DNA from: Selaginella moellendorffii
Taxonomy: Eukaryota; Plantae; Lycopodiophyta
Direction of reading: 5' to 3'
NCBI RefSeq assembly: GCF_000143415.4
Contig: NW_003314268.1
Coordinates: 604,128 to 668,127, forward strand
DNA: 64,000 bases
A program made the position numbers and the translations under genes. The notes beneath the pieces were generated by a model, which was not told where the DNA came from, did no database searches, and was given only the letters and a program-made list of their open reading frames with translations. Below, one piece after another: positions 1 to 12,028 of the stretch; the stretch's first letter is position 1, and each line of letters opens with the position of its first letter.

Positions 1-824
1 ATAATAATATCTTTATACATGCTAAAATACTATTATTCTCAAAAATATAAGATTCTCAACTTATGAAATAAAAATTTGAAGAAACTATGCATGACTTTTA
101 TATTACATTAAAGGGTGGCCTAAATATCCCATATTCAACTCTCACTGGTGTAGTGTTCACCAATGAAATATTATTCTTCACCATAAACTCATAATAGCTA
201 TGTGTCTTTAAATCTTTTTTAATTTTCTCATACATCCATGTGTGCACACCTTCCAAACCCGCTCTTAAGCATTTGTAACAATGTTGAAGAAAACTTACCA
301 AATCTATACAACCATTTGTCTTATTCAAATAAAAGTAGCATATGGGATACCAAAGATAATACATATCTACATTAAGCATTCTTGCCATATTTAAAGTAAG
401 ATCTTGAAAAAAATGTTGATATTGCTCTTAAAGCATTGGAGGCAATCTAACTTTTTTAGCAATGTCATAAAGAGGGAACTTTTGTTCAGTTGCACTCAAG
501 ATCACAAATAAAAGAGCTTCACAACACACCTTAAAATGAAGAGGAGGATTGTTGTATAAAGGTGAAAGTGGATTATTGGTTGAGCTTGGAAATGGTAGAG
601 ACTTGTATAAGAGGCCTCCAGAACCAAAACTAAACTTTTTTCAAACCATTACAATACATAAAAAGAATTAAACTCTCCAATAATATGAATTCTTTAATTA
701 ATATACTACATTTCAATTTTGGGAGTAACATTTTATTATGATATGACAATATATTAAATCTTAATTTTCAGTCTTGGTAATGGGGTTACATATTAATTAC
801 AATTTACTATTAGAGACAAGTGGC

Positions 825-1938
825 TATAGCGCACGTGGTTTTGACCCTTTATCCTATGGTGATTTACCATAGGATAACACTATGAAGCGGTACCTAAACC
901 CTCCATGTGCCACATGTCACATGCCACGTGTCCAAAAGAACGTGGTGTGGAACTCGAGTTTCAGAGCCTTGGGCCACTGAACGAAGGAATAGTGCCAAAC
1001 TCCTAAGCATGGAGCCAAGGAGTGATGGAACTGGACCACAGAGCAACTCCCGAGCATACAGCCCAAGGAGCGAAGGGACAGGGGCACAAAATGACTTGGA
1101 ACAGTTCTAGAGTATCCAACATCCCAATGCCAAGACCAGCATGCAAAATGAAGCCAAACGGAGTCTGATGCTATTTCGGCATACTAGTGGCCTAACGCGA
1201 GGACATGGGTACTCCACCAGCTAGTATGGTGTGGAGCTTGGGCTTAGACCCAAGCCGGACGCAGAATAAGGACAGGCACACAAGTGAGAGCTAAATTATG
1301 CTTCAGGTTGATCAGCCATACCCAACCTACCCACTATCCCTACTATACATTTGGAACCCCCCACAAGGCCCCCCCCCCCTAAGGAACACACACTTTGGGC
1401 TTTCACCCCAAGCCTCCCTTGGAGTTAGTCTCTGGGACAAGCTCAAAACTTACTAAATATGGAATGGCATTAGTTTGTGAATTTGGACACGGGACAAACA
1501 CCATTGTGTTCAGGTCAATCTCTACATTCTGTAGATATGTCAAATGAGCAAATTTGGACACAGCATTTATGACTGAAATGAGACTAACACAAAGGGCATG
1601 ATAGTGAGGGTGTTTGGCAGACACGGTAAGCTATCATTTAGCGATATTGAGGGACCAAGCTCAATATCGCGGGAGTTCCCAAAACTAACAAGTGCAAGTC
1701 AACAAATGAGTTTCTCTAACCAGGTCAAATATGCTTGACTAAATAGACACTTAAGAATTCCTTCCTTATGCTCATTTGGTCAAGTGCACACGTGAAGACC
1801 AGTTTCTCAACTAGCTTAGGCAGAGACTGATAACGGGTCTAGCAATACCGACCTCCTACCGTCGTGGCAGTAAGAAAAGAGTGTCTGTAAAGACTAGCCG
1901 ACAGGTAACTTTCGATACACGAAGTCACATTTGCGACA
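825..1938 (-). mobile_element. Solo LTR, family A (older, diverged copy)
   Basis: Colinear with LTRs 21935-23059 and 27435-28577 (tatagcgcacgtgg ... ttgcgaca). No internal region or PBS adjacent. TSD ambiguous: right flank ctata, and the left ctata overlaps the LTR start. Confidence 0.9.
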
Positions 1939-2019
1939 CTATAGGGTTCAAGAAGTTAAAAACTAGCATATAATTAATATATAACCTTATTTTATATAGC
2001 TGGCTTGCCATATATAATA

Positions 2020-2420
2020 ATAGCAAATGCACATAGGTACACGAGGATGCCTTTTTGCAAGATTATCTTTCAATTTAACAAATATATATAGATTTAACTC
2101 TTTGATTTGTCCACATCATGTATACTACACACTTATAATCCTTGCAAAGATACAATATATCAAGAGGAATATTATATATATAAAAAACTTGAGTGGATTA
2201 CAAAAGTTGTAGAAAGTTTTATGGAGTGGATTTGTTAGTATTTTCCATTGTGTTATTTATTTCTTCTTTTCTCTTACTTTAGACTATTGTTTTGAAAGTA
2301 ACATGAGTATTTTCATCAATAGTGATAATAGTCTCCATATTCCCAAATGAATAATAAGAACTAAAAGTGTAATATAGAGATTGTGATAGTAAAAAAAAAA
2401 TAATATTATCACATTTTTGT
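2020..2420. repeat. Diverged AT-rich repeat, inverted copy of ~5250-5700
   Basis: 2281-2390 (agactattgttttgaaagtaacatgagtattttcatcaa...) is the diverged reverse complement of 5281-5390 (...ttgataaaaatgcttatgttacttccaaaataatagtct). Boundaries approximate. Confidence 0.6.
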
Positions 2421-2449
2421 ATGCTAAAACTACTCATAGATTTATTGTC

Positions 2450-3048
2450 TTTAGGGACTTACTAATCAAGTGAGTAAGCTTCTCAATATAGTCCCCGAGC
2501 GTCATTTTCCCTTGCTAGAAATGTCGAAGTTCTGTACGAGCATTCTCCACATCGTAATGAGGGGCAAAACGTAAACGGAAAGCAGCCTCAAAATCATCCA
2601 TGGTAGACACTGGTGGTTTCTTATCCGCAACACAGGACTCCTCAAGCCAATTCCACCATCGAAGACCCGCATCACGCAAAACCATCGGAATAGCCACTAA
2701 AGCCTCTGCATCTGGAGTTCCTCTAGCAGCCAAGAACTTCTTCACATTGGCTAGCCAAGCGAGACACTCATCCACACCACCATCACCGGAAAAGGTTGGA
2801 ATCTTGAGTCGATCTACCAAAGAAGGCTTACTTGGAGCGCTACCCCGTCCAGCCTCGAGTGCCTCAACACGCCCACACATGGTATCCATCATGCCATGCA
2901 TCTCGTCTTACATCTCTTGCTGATTTTTATTAAGGGCTTGCAGCTCATGAACCACATCTTGAATGGTCCAAATCTCCGCAGCTTTGTCGGCACCATCGTC
3001 GGCACCACCATCAATGATAGGATTCCAGTGTTCAGCTTGGTCGGCCAT
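2450..3048 (-). pseudogene. Truncated Ty3/Gypsy gag (retrotransposon capsid), element D
   Basis: ATG at 3048 just after the PBS, in frame with ORF 2515-2901 (LKIPTFSGDG...WL..VKKFL...LRDAGLRWW...FRLRF). In-frame stops, and truncated at ~2450. Confidence 0.8.
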
Positions 3049-3058
3049 CGCAACCAAT

Positions 3059-3070
3059 CCTCTGATACCA
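3059..3070 (-). other. Primer binding site (tRNA-iMet) of element D
   Basis: Reverse complement reads TGGTATCAGAGG, directly internal to LTR 3072-3304. Confidence 0.9.
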
Positions 3071-3071
3071 A

Positions 3072-3304
3072 TGTTATGATCCGGCGCAAAAAGACAAAGA
3101 TCTTGTTGCCCTAGACTATGCTATGCCACCTCTTGAGGTTCCTCACCACCCAACCACCCCCGAGCTACCTCAAAAGCTCCACTGCGCCGCCGCTCCACTG
3201 TGAGCCCTAGGGTAGGTTAAGTCCCTTACCCTAACATGCCTTAATATACCCTTGAGCCTCCCTTTGACCGACGTTGACCACGTAGTCAAAGCTGGCCCCT
3301 AACA
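3072..3304 (-). mobile_element. Short 5' LTR (233 bp), element D
   Basis: Inverted termini TGTTA...TAACA, adjacent PBS, TATA-like GGGTATATTAAGG on the minus strand. Confidence 0.8.
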
Positions 3305-3309
3305 TTATA

Positions 3310-3850
3310 TATGCACTTATTCATTTCTGAAGCCTTTTGCTTTGTGTAAAGGTATATATGTCAGAGTGAATTAAGTTAAGAATGTTGTGGCCAACAGTTC
3401 ATCACTATTTTGTAGAACTTATACATGCACTTGCCTCAACCACCTTTAATAACATTTTTTGATTGGCACAATATTATAAGACATCACTTCTCCTAGTTAT
3501 CATTGCATATACCTCAACTCCACTTATTATGGGAAATGATTATATTCCAATGGAAGTTGTAAGTATTATTACATGTCTTCAAGAACAAGAGTGAGGATGT
3601 AGTTCACTGTTAGGCATACAATAAAATTAGCCACACATACCAACATTGTCAACATTTTTTGAATTGGCATCTTCCATTTTCTAGGTAGGGGCTTTAGCAT
3701 CAACATCTTTTTAGTGTTGCTATAGTGAAAAATTTCAATACAAAGATTGTTGTAAGAAATAAAGAGTTGCATGAGTAATAAAGAGTCCTTATGCAAATAA
3801 GTTAATGACCCCTCCATTTTTTTTTTCAGGAGTATCATCAAGAGATTCAC
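3310..3850. repeat. Dispersed degenerate repeat, inverted homolog at ~48000-48560
   Basis: Translations align: MLMLKPLPRKWKMPIQKMLTMLVCVANFIV (3569-3850, minus) vs MALMPTPPSRKWRMLIYKTPIMLICVANLII (48169-48372, plus). Confidence 0.65.
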
Positions 3851-4399
3851 TCAATATCAATTCATTTAGTGTTTATTTTCCAAACTTGTTTTAATAACAA
3901 AAGGTTTCCTATTATCCTCTCTATGTTGGTTATTATGGGCTCAAATTTATCTTCTTTTGCTCAACTTTTTCACATATATTATCATCTACAGTTGCATCAT
4001 ACGGTAAAGCTAGTCTTTATTTTTTATAGCATAACTGTATACATGCATGTGTGTGTGATGAGATGGACTTAGCTATGTATATGGGTGATCTCAAGCTTGA
4101 GCTTTAATTATTGTGAGTCATCTTAAGTCAAGCTTTTAAGCCTTGGTATAAATTAGTTATACCACATTATTTAAAGTATGATTTTGAGGTTTTTCCCCTT
4201 TATTTTATATTTTCTCATCTTTCTTCCATTTCTTTCACTTTTATTCCATTTTATCTCTCTATTTCTACTTTTTCTTTTATCACTTTTATCTCCCTATTAA
4301 TCCTACTAAGTTTACTTCTTGCTCTTTTATTGCCTCTTCAGATCCGTTAAATAGTATTTGTATTACAGCAATTGATGGGCAATTAATTGGAGTATATTG

Positions 4400-4850
4400 A
4401 TCTCTTATCCTCACCAAATGAGGCTATGATTTAGGCTAGCAGCAAATAAAAGTAATTTAGTGTTATATATGTAGGGTATCCATACATTTATTCTCTAACA
4501 CTTGCTTTTGAGCATTTGTTTTTGACAAGGTTCACAGTTTTCTCTACTTCCTATAGCATGGTTAAGACACTTTTGAAGATCATGGCCTCTTATATTGATA
4601 TGTGGTGTCAAAGCTTGATAGAAGTATTTGATTTTGCAATGATTATTGTCCATTAAATAAAGTGACTATCTTAGATATATACCCTTTTTCTCATATTGCT
4701 AATCTTTTAGATCATCTAAAGAGAAATTACTAATTCACCAAATTCAATTTTACTTCTAGATATTAGCAAGTGCTAATGGTCAAAGAAGATGTTCCTAAGA
4801 CTACTTTCCATATATTATTTGGTTTGTATGAGTTTTTGGTGATGTTGTTT
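4400..4850 (+). pseudogene. Degenerate Ty3/Gypsy reverse transcriptase fragment
   Basis: Remnant peptides YPFSHIANLLDHL (~4678-4718) and EDVPKTTFHILFGLYEFLVMLF (~4785-4850) match YPLPRIDDLLDQL and [21 protein letters not shown]. Confidence 0.75.
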
Positions 4851-7544
4851 GTAAGATGGGGATGGTCTAAAGTTGAGTTGAGCTCAACTCGGCACAAGTC
4901 AATGTAAGCGAATGTAGTCAAGTATAACTTTTACAAAGAAAATCTATGTTAAAAAATTGAAGATTTTGACAAACTTTAAAATATTAAAATATATAAATAC
5001 CTAGGTCAAAAGTTTCTACTAGATTGAGTTATTTAGAAAAGACAAAGTTCATGAGGACCTATCTATTTTCTTACTATCTTTACAAGGATCATATTTTGAT
5101 TTTAATTTGTTAAAAAAATCTAAACATGAATCAAGATAATTTTTTTTGAACGGTAGCCATTAATAGTGTATATTGGTCATTTACATACTATTCATTCATT
5201 CTAGGGTTCTTAAGTAAATTAAACATTCTGTAAGTAAGAGTTATAGGGCAAATTAATGTGAAAATATTAATTTCATTTCACTATCATAATCTTCATATTA
5301 CACTTCTAATCCTTATTACCTATCTGGGAATGTAAAGACTATTGTCACTTTTGATAAAAATGCTTATGTTACTTCCAAAATAATAGTCTAGAACAAAAGA
5401 AATGAAGAAATAAATATAGAAAAAAAACTAAAAAATCTAGTCTATAGAGCTTTCTATGGCATTTTTAATTTATATATTAATTCATATAAGAAAACTCTAC
5501 TTGCTTGTTTATAGCACAATCCTCCTATATGAGAAGACCAATGTATGTTTTTAGAATGAATCCCCACTAGCATTTTTTAAGAGTCATTTATGAACAATAA
5601 CTCAAAAGTGATATCACATCAAAGAATCAAGTTTATCTACATTTCCAAAACCGAAAGGTATCTCACATAAAGGAATGTATGTGGGCCTGCGTGCTTGCAT
5701 ACGCTACTACTATAATATGGTCTATATTTCCCTATTGTGTATTTTTCTTGAAAGTTGGCACAAGTATAGAAAAGAATATATATAGATGGTCATTAGAATG
5801 ATAAATATTTAGCATGTGTATCTAGAATTCTAGAAGCTCTTCTATTCATAAGTAGACTATGATTATGAAATCTCATTTATGAGATTAACATTTCAAGAAT
5901 CTGAGTATTATTAGTGTCATAATAAATAAATCTCATTCCCAAGACTAAAATTAATATATAAATGCCAAGAAAAGCTCCTTGGAAATTTGAAAAGTTCAAT
6001 ATAAAAATGGCTCAAAGAAAAGTCATTATTACTCATACTTGGGTCCCTAACATCTTATATTAATCTCCACCTCCATCCCTAAGGTTTACCAACATTCCAC
6101 ATTGACCTCCACTATAACCACATTACAATCCTCTTTCTATTGGGGGTTTTTATGAAGTCAAATTAGAGCTCCCTATATATAAAATTTTGAATATTATTAC
6201 TAGAGAGGGATTACCTCAAATGTTTTGAGAGCAGTTGCACATATTTTTGCAAGATCTTGCTCTTAGTACAGCATGATTGTTTAAAAGCACAAAATGCTAT
6301 TATATTTAATGTCTAATATGCTGCTTTTTTTTGGACAAGACAAATGTCTTCATGGGTCTACAAACTTTTCTTGAGCATTATAGTAATTGCTTAACAATAG
6401 GTCTAGAAAGTCTAGAAAGTGTGGATGTACAATAAATTCAAGAACAAGTTATAGACACATCCCACTATTGCTTTATAGTGAGGAACAACATCCCCTTGGG
6501 AAACAATGTATTATATAGTGTAGAATTTGGGTTTTTTAGGCTAATTGCTTTGCTATATATATATAGACACACACACACACAAGGTATTAGAATTAAAGAA
6601 TTTGATTTAGAGATAGCTTGAAAGAAGAAAACATATAGGCTCTCTTGCCACTTAATATATCATTTTTTAGATGTGGATGATAAAGTCAATGATGGGGAGT
6701 TTCCTCAAGTTGAAATCTACTACACCCAATCCATAGAAGAGCTCACTCTTGATTTAGTGGGAATTAGTGAAAAAATTTAGAGTTTGATTCTAAGATGCCT
6801 AATATGCCTTTTTTTCTTGGGTTAGGACAATTTTATGGGCTTTTAAAGTTTTCTTGAGCACTGCCATAACTACTATTTAAATAGTGTTATCACTTCATAT
6901 ATAATTGTTGACAATATTTAAGGATGAGATGGCAACACACAAGCATTACAAATTGATAGTTTCATATGAGAATACCAATTTGCAATTATGGAATATGATA
7001 TTAACATTGACAACTAACACTAACATTATTACTGACATTTTGATATATGATAGGATTTTCTTCTCAAGTAAGGATTCATTTAACTTTTTTCTATCTTATC
7101 ATCAATATATCATTTCCTTCTATACCTCTTTCTATATTGAGATTGTGCTCACTTTCCATTTGTTAAGCTATAGCTTTTGCATACTTTAGGAGACTTCTAA
7201 AACCTCCAACTCTAAAAACTCAAAATGACTGTGATCTATAAAACAAAACTAAACATATATTGAAATCTTAATAAACATAATTTACCTCCTTGAGGTTAAA
7301 GGTACTCTAAGCTAGTGCTTGAATAAATAATATTCTTCAATAGCAAACACTGATTTACCAGAATCATATGCTACCTCCACTATAGAACCATTACTTATTG
7401 TGCAATCAATCACAATACTATCTAATAGGTAATAGAGCTTAAGCAAGATTTACATTGTTGATGGAGTTTCAAATCAATACTTAGAACATATTGCAGATCT
7501 ACTCAACCACAAGATTCGATATGATGTCAGTGGCACTATCGGGC

Positions 7545-8048
7545 TTGCCTGAGGCCAGAAACTACCCAAGGTGGCCAGCCCGAGATTGACCTCAAGAAGT
7601 CTTGGGGTCTGGGAGCCCAAGGTTATTTGAATAACCTTGGCCCCTTGAGGCCAGAAACTACCCAAGGTGGCCAGCTCGAGATTGACCTCAAGAAGTCTTG
7701 GGGTCTGGGAGCCCAAGGTTATTTGAATAACCTTGGCCCCTTGAGGCCAGAAACTACCCAAGGTGGTGAGCCCAAGTTGAACCTCGGGCAATTTGAGGGT
7801 CTGGGGGGCCAAGGTTATTTGAATAACCTTGGCCCTTCAAGGCTAGAAACTGCCCGAGGTGGCGAGCCGAAGCTGGGCCTCAGGTAGTTTGGGGGTCTGG
7901 GGGCCCAAGATTATTTGAATAAACTCGGCCCCTTAAGGCTAGAAATTGCCTAAGATGGCCAGCTTAAGTTGGAGTTCAGGTAGTTTCGGGGTCGGGGCCC
8001 AAGCTAATTTGAATAACCAAGGCCTCTCGAGGCAAGAAACTGCTTGGC
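7545..8048. repeat. 96-bp tandem repeat (~5.2 units), each with an internal palindrome
   Basis: Unit starts at 7551, 7647, 7743, 7839, 7935 and 8029. Each unit carries CCAAGGTTATT-TG-AATAACCTTGG or a variant. Confidence 0.92.
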
Positions 8049-8199
8049 CTATACCCTATTTTATTTTATCAATAACATAAAATACATTCATATTGTATGT
8101 AAATTTTTTTTAATTTATAAATGATGGTGTCTATAGCACTTTTCAATGTTTAATTTATTGGAGAATTAATATTTTTTTTCCCAATTATATAGAAAGGAT

Positions 8200-9362
8200 A
8201 CATTCTCAACAAGATTTCATACATATTTTGGCTGCTTGTTTTGTATTCACTGTTCCCATTGTTGGAATGAACTGTGCAATCTTCGACAACCAATCCACAA
8301 CCATCATCAAAGTATTATAACCCTTAGACTTCGACAAGCAAGTGACGAAATCAAGTGTCATACTCTAAAATGGCCATATCGGTGCTAGAATGCACTGCAA
8401 CTTTCCAGCCTACTTCTTAGTTCTACACTTACATTGCTGGCATATAGGGCAAGAACAAACATAGTCCATTACATCACCTTCCATACTAAACCAGAAAAAT
8501 CTTTTTTTCAATGAAGCCAGAGTCTTTTGCTGTCCACCATGCCTTGCTGCTGGAACATCATGATGTTCCCATAGAAATAACTGCTGAAGATCCTTAGAGG
8601 GAAGATACAATCTTTCTTGTTTATAAAGTATAAGCCCATCCCGAATTGAGAAGTGAAGCTTTGCATTAGTGCGACTAGCAACTTTCGCTGCTTCGCTACC
8701 AGAGCTCTGCCTCAACAACCCCGCATGGCATGAGATTGTTTTTGCTAATGGATCACTTCCATACGAAGCTCGAACGTCTAACCAGTCCAAACTGATTGCC
8801 AATATTGCTTGAAATTGAGCCTGACGACTCAACACATCCGGAACAATATTGTCTTTACCAGGTTTATATATGATATCAATATCATATCTAGCAAGCTTCT
8901 CTTGCCAATGAGCCTGCTTCGGCGTAAGCTTAGGCTGCGTAGCAAAGTAGCTTAGTGTGTTACTATCTGTATAAATCTTGGTGTGTCCACCCAAGTAATG
9001 TCTTCAGTGTTCCAGAGCCAACACTATAGCAAACATCTCTTTCTCATGTATTGGCCATTTTCGTTGAGTTTCATCCAATTTCTTGGAGTAGAACGCAATG
9101 GGACAATCATGATGCCTTAGCGTAACACCAACCGCTTTGTCACAATCTTGCTGCAACATAGCACCAATAGCATAGCCAGATGCATCACAATGCACTTCGA
9201 AGGATTTATCAAGATCTGGGATCCTAAGAATAGGAATTGTAGTTAAGATCTCCTTCAACCGTACAAAAGCACGCTGGCAAGCTGGTGTCCAATGAAACAG
9301 AATACTACTCTTCATCAACTCAGTTAACGAAAGAGCAATCCTTGCAAAATTGCAGACAAACA
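8200..9362 (-). pseudogene. Degenerate Ty3/Gypsy pol fragment (RT connection, RNase H, integrase N-terminus)
   Basis: FEVHCDASGYAIGAML, WPIHEKEMFAIV, IIYKPGKDNIVPDVLSR, the zinc finger HHDVPAARHGG...CPICQQ, and MTLDFVT...MVVDWLSK. Contains stops. Confidence 0.92.
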
Positions 9363-10305
9363 CCTCCGACCACTTGGAGGAGTCTCACTCACGACCTCCA
9401 TAAATCCTATTTCGGACTTGGGCTTGCTAGCCCTGAGAATGGCATCCCTGCCACTCAACCTTTGCACTTGGTCCAAGTGCTCCACGTGTCCAATCCCATG
9501 ACTGACACCCAAGGTACCACCAATATACCAGCTCGCTATGCTAGGCCATGCCCATTCACCTTGGTCACATCGGTGGTCCAACACCACCTGCATTGCAACC
9601 CCGTCTCTCCAAGATTGGGCCTTCTGTCCATGAGTGGTCATCCCAAATCCACTCCTTAGCATCCTTAGGATGCCCATAGACATGGGGAATAGCCTTCCCC
9701 AATATCTACTTTCCGATCCTCACCAAGTCCCTTTCTATCCATGGCCATGCTCGCCAACATTGCCACTAGATCAGGGCCCACAGGCCCGACCATTAAGTCC
9801 TATGGTCCTCTAGAACTTCCTCACCATGTAACTATGTCCTTGGTCACCGCACCAGAGCATTACTCCTCTTCATTTCCACAGTCTGAGACTTTGGGACAAC
9901 ATTTCGGTACACCGTGGCCCTACGCGGGCCTCTTAGGTACTCTCCCCGCCTTCCGCCTTTGGTTGCTCTAGCCATGGGCTTAGAGCGAGGTTCCATTAAG
10001 CCACGCCTGGTATCCAAGTAGATAGTGCCACCCACACTTGGACTGGGAGCATCGGCCAGTCGATCTTCCGGGGGAACTAGAGCTGGCTCTTGAACACTTC
10101 ACCAAACTACGCTGCTTGTCGGTCTATGTTCACTCTAGTCTTGGACTTCCGGCAACTCATCACCCAACACTGGGTCCAGCCTTCCTGGGCCAAACTGGCC
10201 TTTCCTGGCCAAACTGGCTCCACTACAGTCCTCCCCTTTACTATACTTTTGGAGCTCACCAAACCCCCTAGGGTCTGGAAGACGAACGCTTTGGGCTTTC
10301 ACCCT

Positions 10306-10880
10306 CTCAGACTTGGACTCGGACTCAGCCTCGGGCTGGGGCTCGCGCTCGTGCTCGCGCTCGGGCTCGCGCTCGTGCTCGCGCTCGGGCTCGCGCTCGG
10401 GCTCGGGCTCAGGCTGGAGCTCGGGCTTGCGCTCGCGCTCGGGCTTGGGCTCACGCTCGCGCTCGCACTCGGGCTCGGCCTCAGGCTCGGCCTCGGGCTC
10501 AGTCTCGGTCTCGGTCTCAGCCCTGGTCCCAGTCTCGGTCCCGGTCTTGGTCCTGACCTCGGACTCCATCTCGGGTCCTTCTCAGACTCCATCTCGGATT
10601 CCATCTCGGGTCCATCTTGGACTCCATCTCGGACTCCATCTCGAACTCCATCTCGGATTCCATCTCGGGTCCATCTCGGACTCTATCTCGGACTCCATCT
10701 CAGTCCATCTCGGACTCCATCTCGGACTCCATCTTAGGTCCATCTCAGACTCCATCTCGGACTCCATCTCGGGTCCATCTCAGAATCCATCTCAAACTCC
10801 ATCTCGGGCTCCATCTCAGGTCCATCTTGGACTCCATCTCGGGTCCTTCTCGGGTCTATCTCGGACTCCATCTCAGACTC
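10306..10880. repeat. U3 tandem array of 6/12-bp units (GCTCGC/GCTCGG, then GACTCCATCTCG)
   Basis: Directly visible. Related to the GACTCGATCTCG array in LTR-B. Confidence 0.9.
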
Positions 10881-10888
10881 TACCACAT

Positions 10889-12028
10889 TGTAAGGAACCA
10901 ACTCCCCGAGGTGTCGTAGGCTAAAGGATCCCCGAAAGCATGACCAAAATGATAAAGAGTTCATCGGATGGGACCGAGTCTGAGATCGAGTCCAAGACCG
11001 ACTCGAAGACCGAGTTTGAGATAGAGTTCGGAATCGAGTCCGAGGCCGACTTGGAGACTGAGTTCGAGACCGAGTTTGAGACGGAGTCCGAGATCCGAAA
11101 TCGGGTCCGAGACCGAGTCTGAGGTCGAGTCCAAGGTCGGGTCCGAGATCGGGTCCAAAATCGAGTCCGAGATCAAGTCCGAGACCGAATCCAAAGTCGG
11201 ATCCGAGATCGAGTCTGCAATCGAGCAAGAGACTGGGTCCGAGTACTAATACGGGTCAAGGGGTGAAAGCCCAAAGTGTGCGTCTCCCGGGGGGGGGGGG
11301 GGGGTTCCAAAAGTATAGTAGGGATAGTGAGGTCCAGGAACTAGTTTTGAAGGAACTCTCTAGTGGGGCTTCCAAACTGACTTCAGGTTGGGACTGGGAC
11401 CGAGGGGCCTTGGGTGGGAGTGAGCATGGACGTGGTTGGTGCCGGAGGGGCCATCCAAGGAAGTGCTCAAGAGTAGCTCCCACTCCCGAAAGGGAAACCG
11501 ACTGCAGTGCTCCTGGCTCATGTGGAGTGGTGCCCCACTTGAGTACCATGCGGCTCATTGGTCCTCGCCCTTCCTAAGGGCTTGGACCTTCCCTTCAGGA
11601 TAGAAGTGGGGGGTAGAGGTACCCATACCGGGCCGTTAGGCCACAGTGTTTCGCCCCGGCGTCCCGAAGCAAGTGTTGCACCCAAGACTTGGGATTTAGA
11701 GGGTCCTATGATCAAGTCTTATGGTACCAAGGGATGTTAGGAACCTGGAAGCTTGGTGTGCTTGGCTGCTTGTGCTTGTGGGGAGTGTAGCCGAACCTTA
11801 AGTCCAATCTAACCCGGGGAGGGGGATTGGGAGAGATTTGGGAATCCGTGGATGGATGGCTAACACTCTGTTGCTCGTGCAGTGAGTAGCTGAAACCAAG
11901 TAGGACTAAGTAGGAGCTGGTACCATAGGCGGGAACTTTGTTGAGGGAACTTAGCAAAAGCCAAAGCAGTGTTGGACGGATAGACGAGGTGAGCTGGCAA
12001 ATTGGAAAGGAAAAATTTGTGGCTTACA
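10889..12028 (+). mobile_element. Solo LTR, family B, with TSD CACAT
   Basis: TGTAAGGAACC...GGCTTACA, the reverse complement of LTR 33531-34677. CACAT at 10884-10888 and 12029-12033. Confidence 0.95.

Noticed and set aside
98-640. Possible gene fragment (ORF 98-388)
   Set aside because: No recognisable motif, and the surrounding frames are broken; cannot be assigned without a database search.
7545-8048. CRISPR-like array, or a 32-aa repeat protein
   Set aside because: Whole units repeat with no unique spacers, the context is eukaryotic and there are no cas genes. The ORFs are a by-product of the 96-bp period.
10090-11228. Low-complexity ORFs (PEPEPE, SPSASAS, LGLGL, DSISDS)
   Set aside because: They are translations of LTR hexamer arrays that stay open in several frames; the same applies to 21298-21600 and 34324-34626.
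11655-11690. 5S rRNA-derived (Cassandra-like) segment in LTR-B
   Set aside because: Only GTGTTGCACCC resembles the 5S 3' end; no A/IE/C boxes are present.
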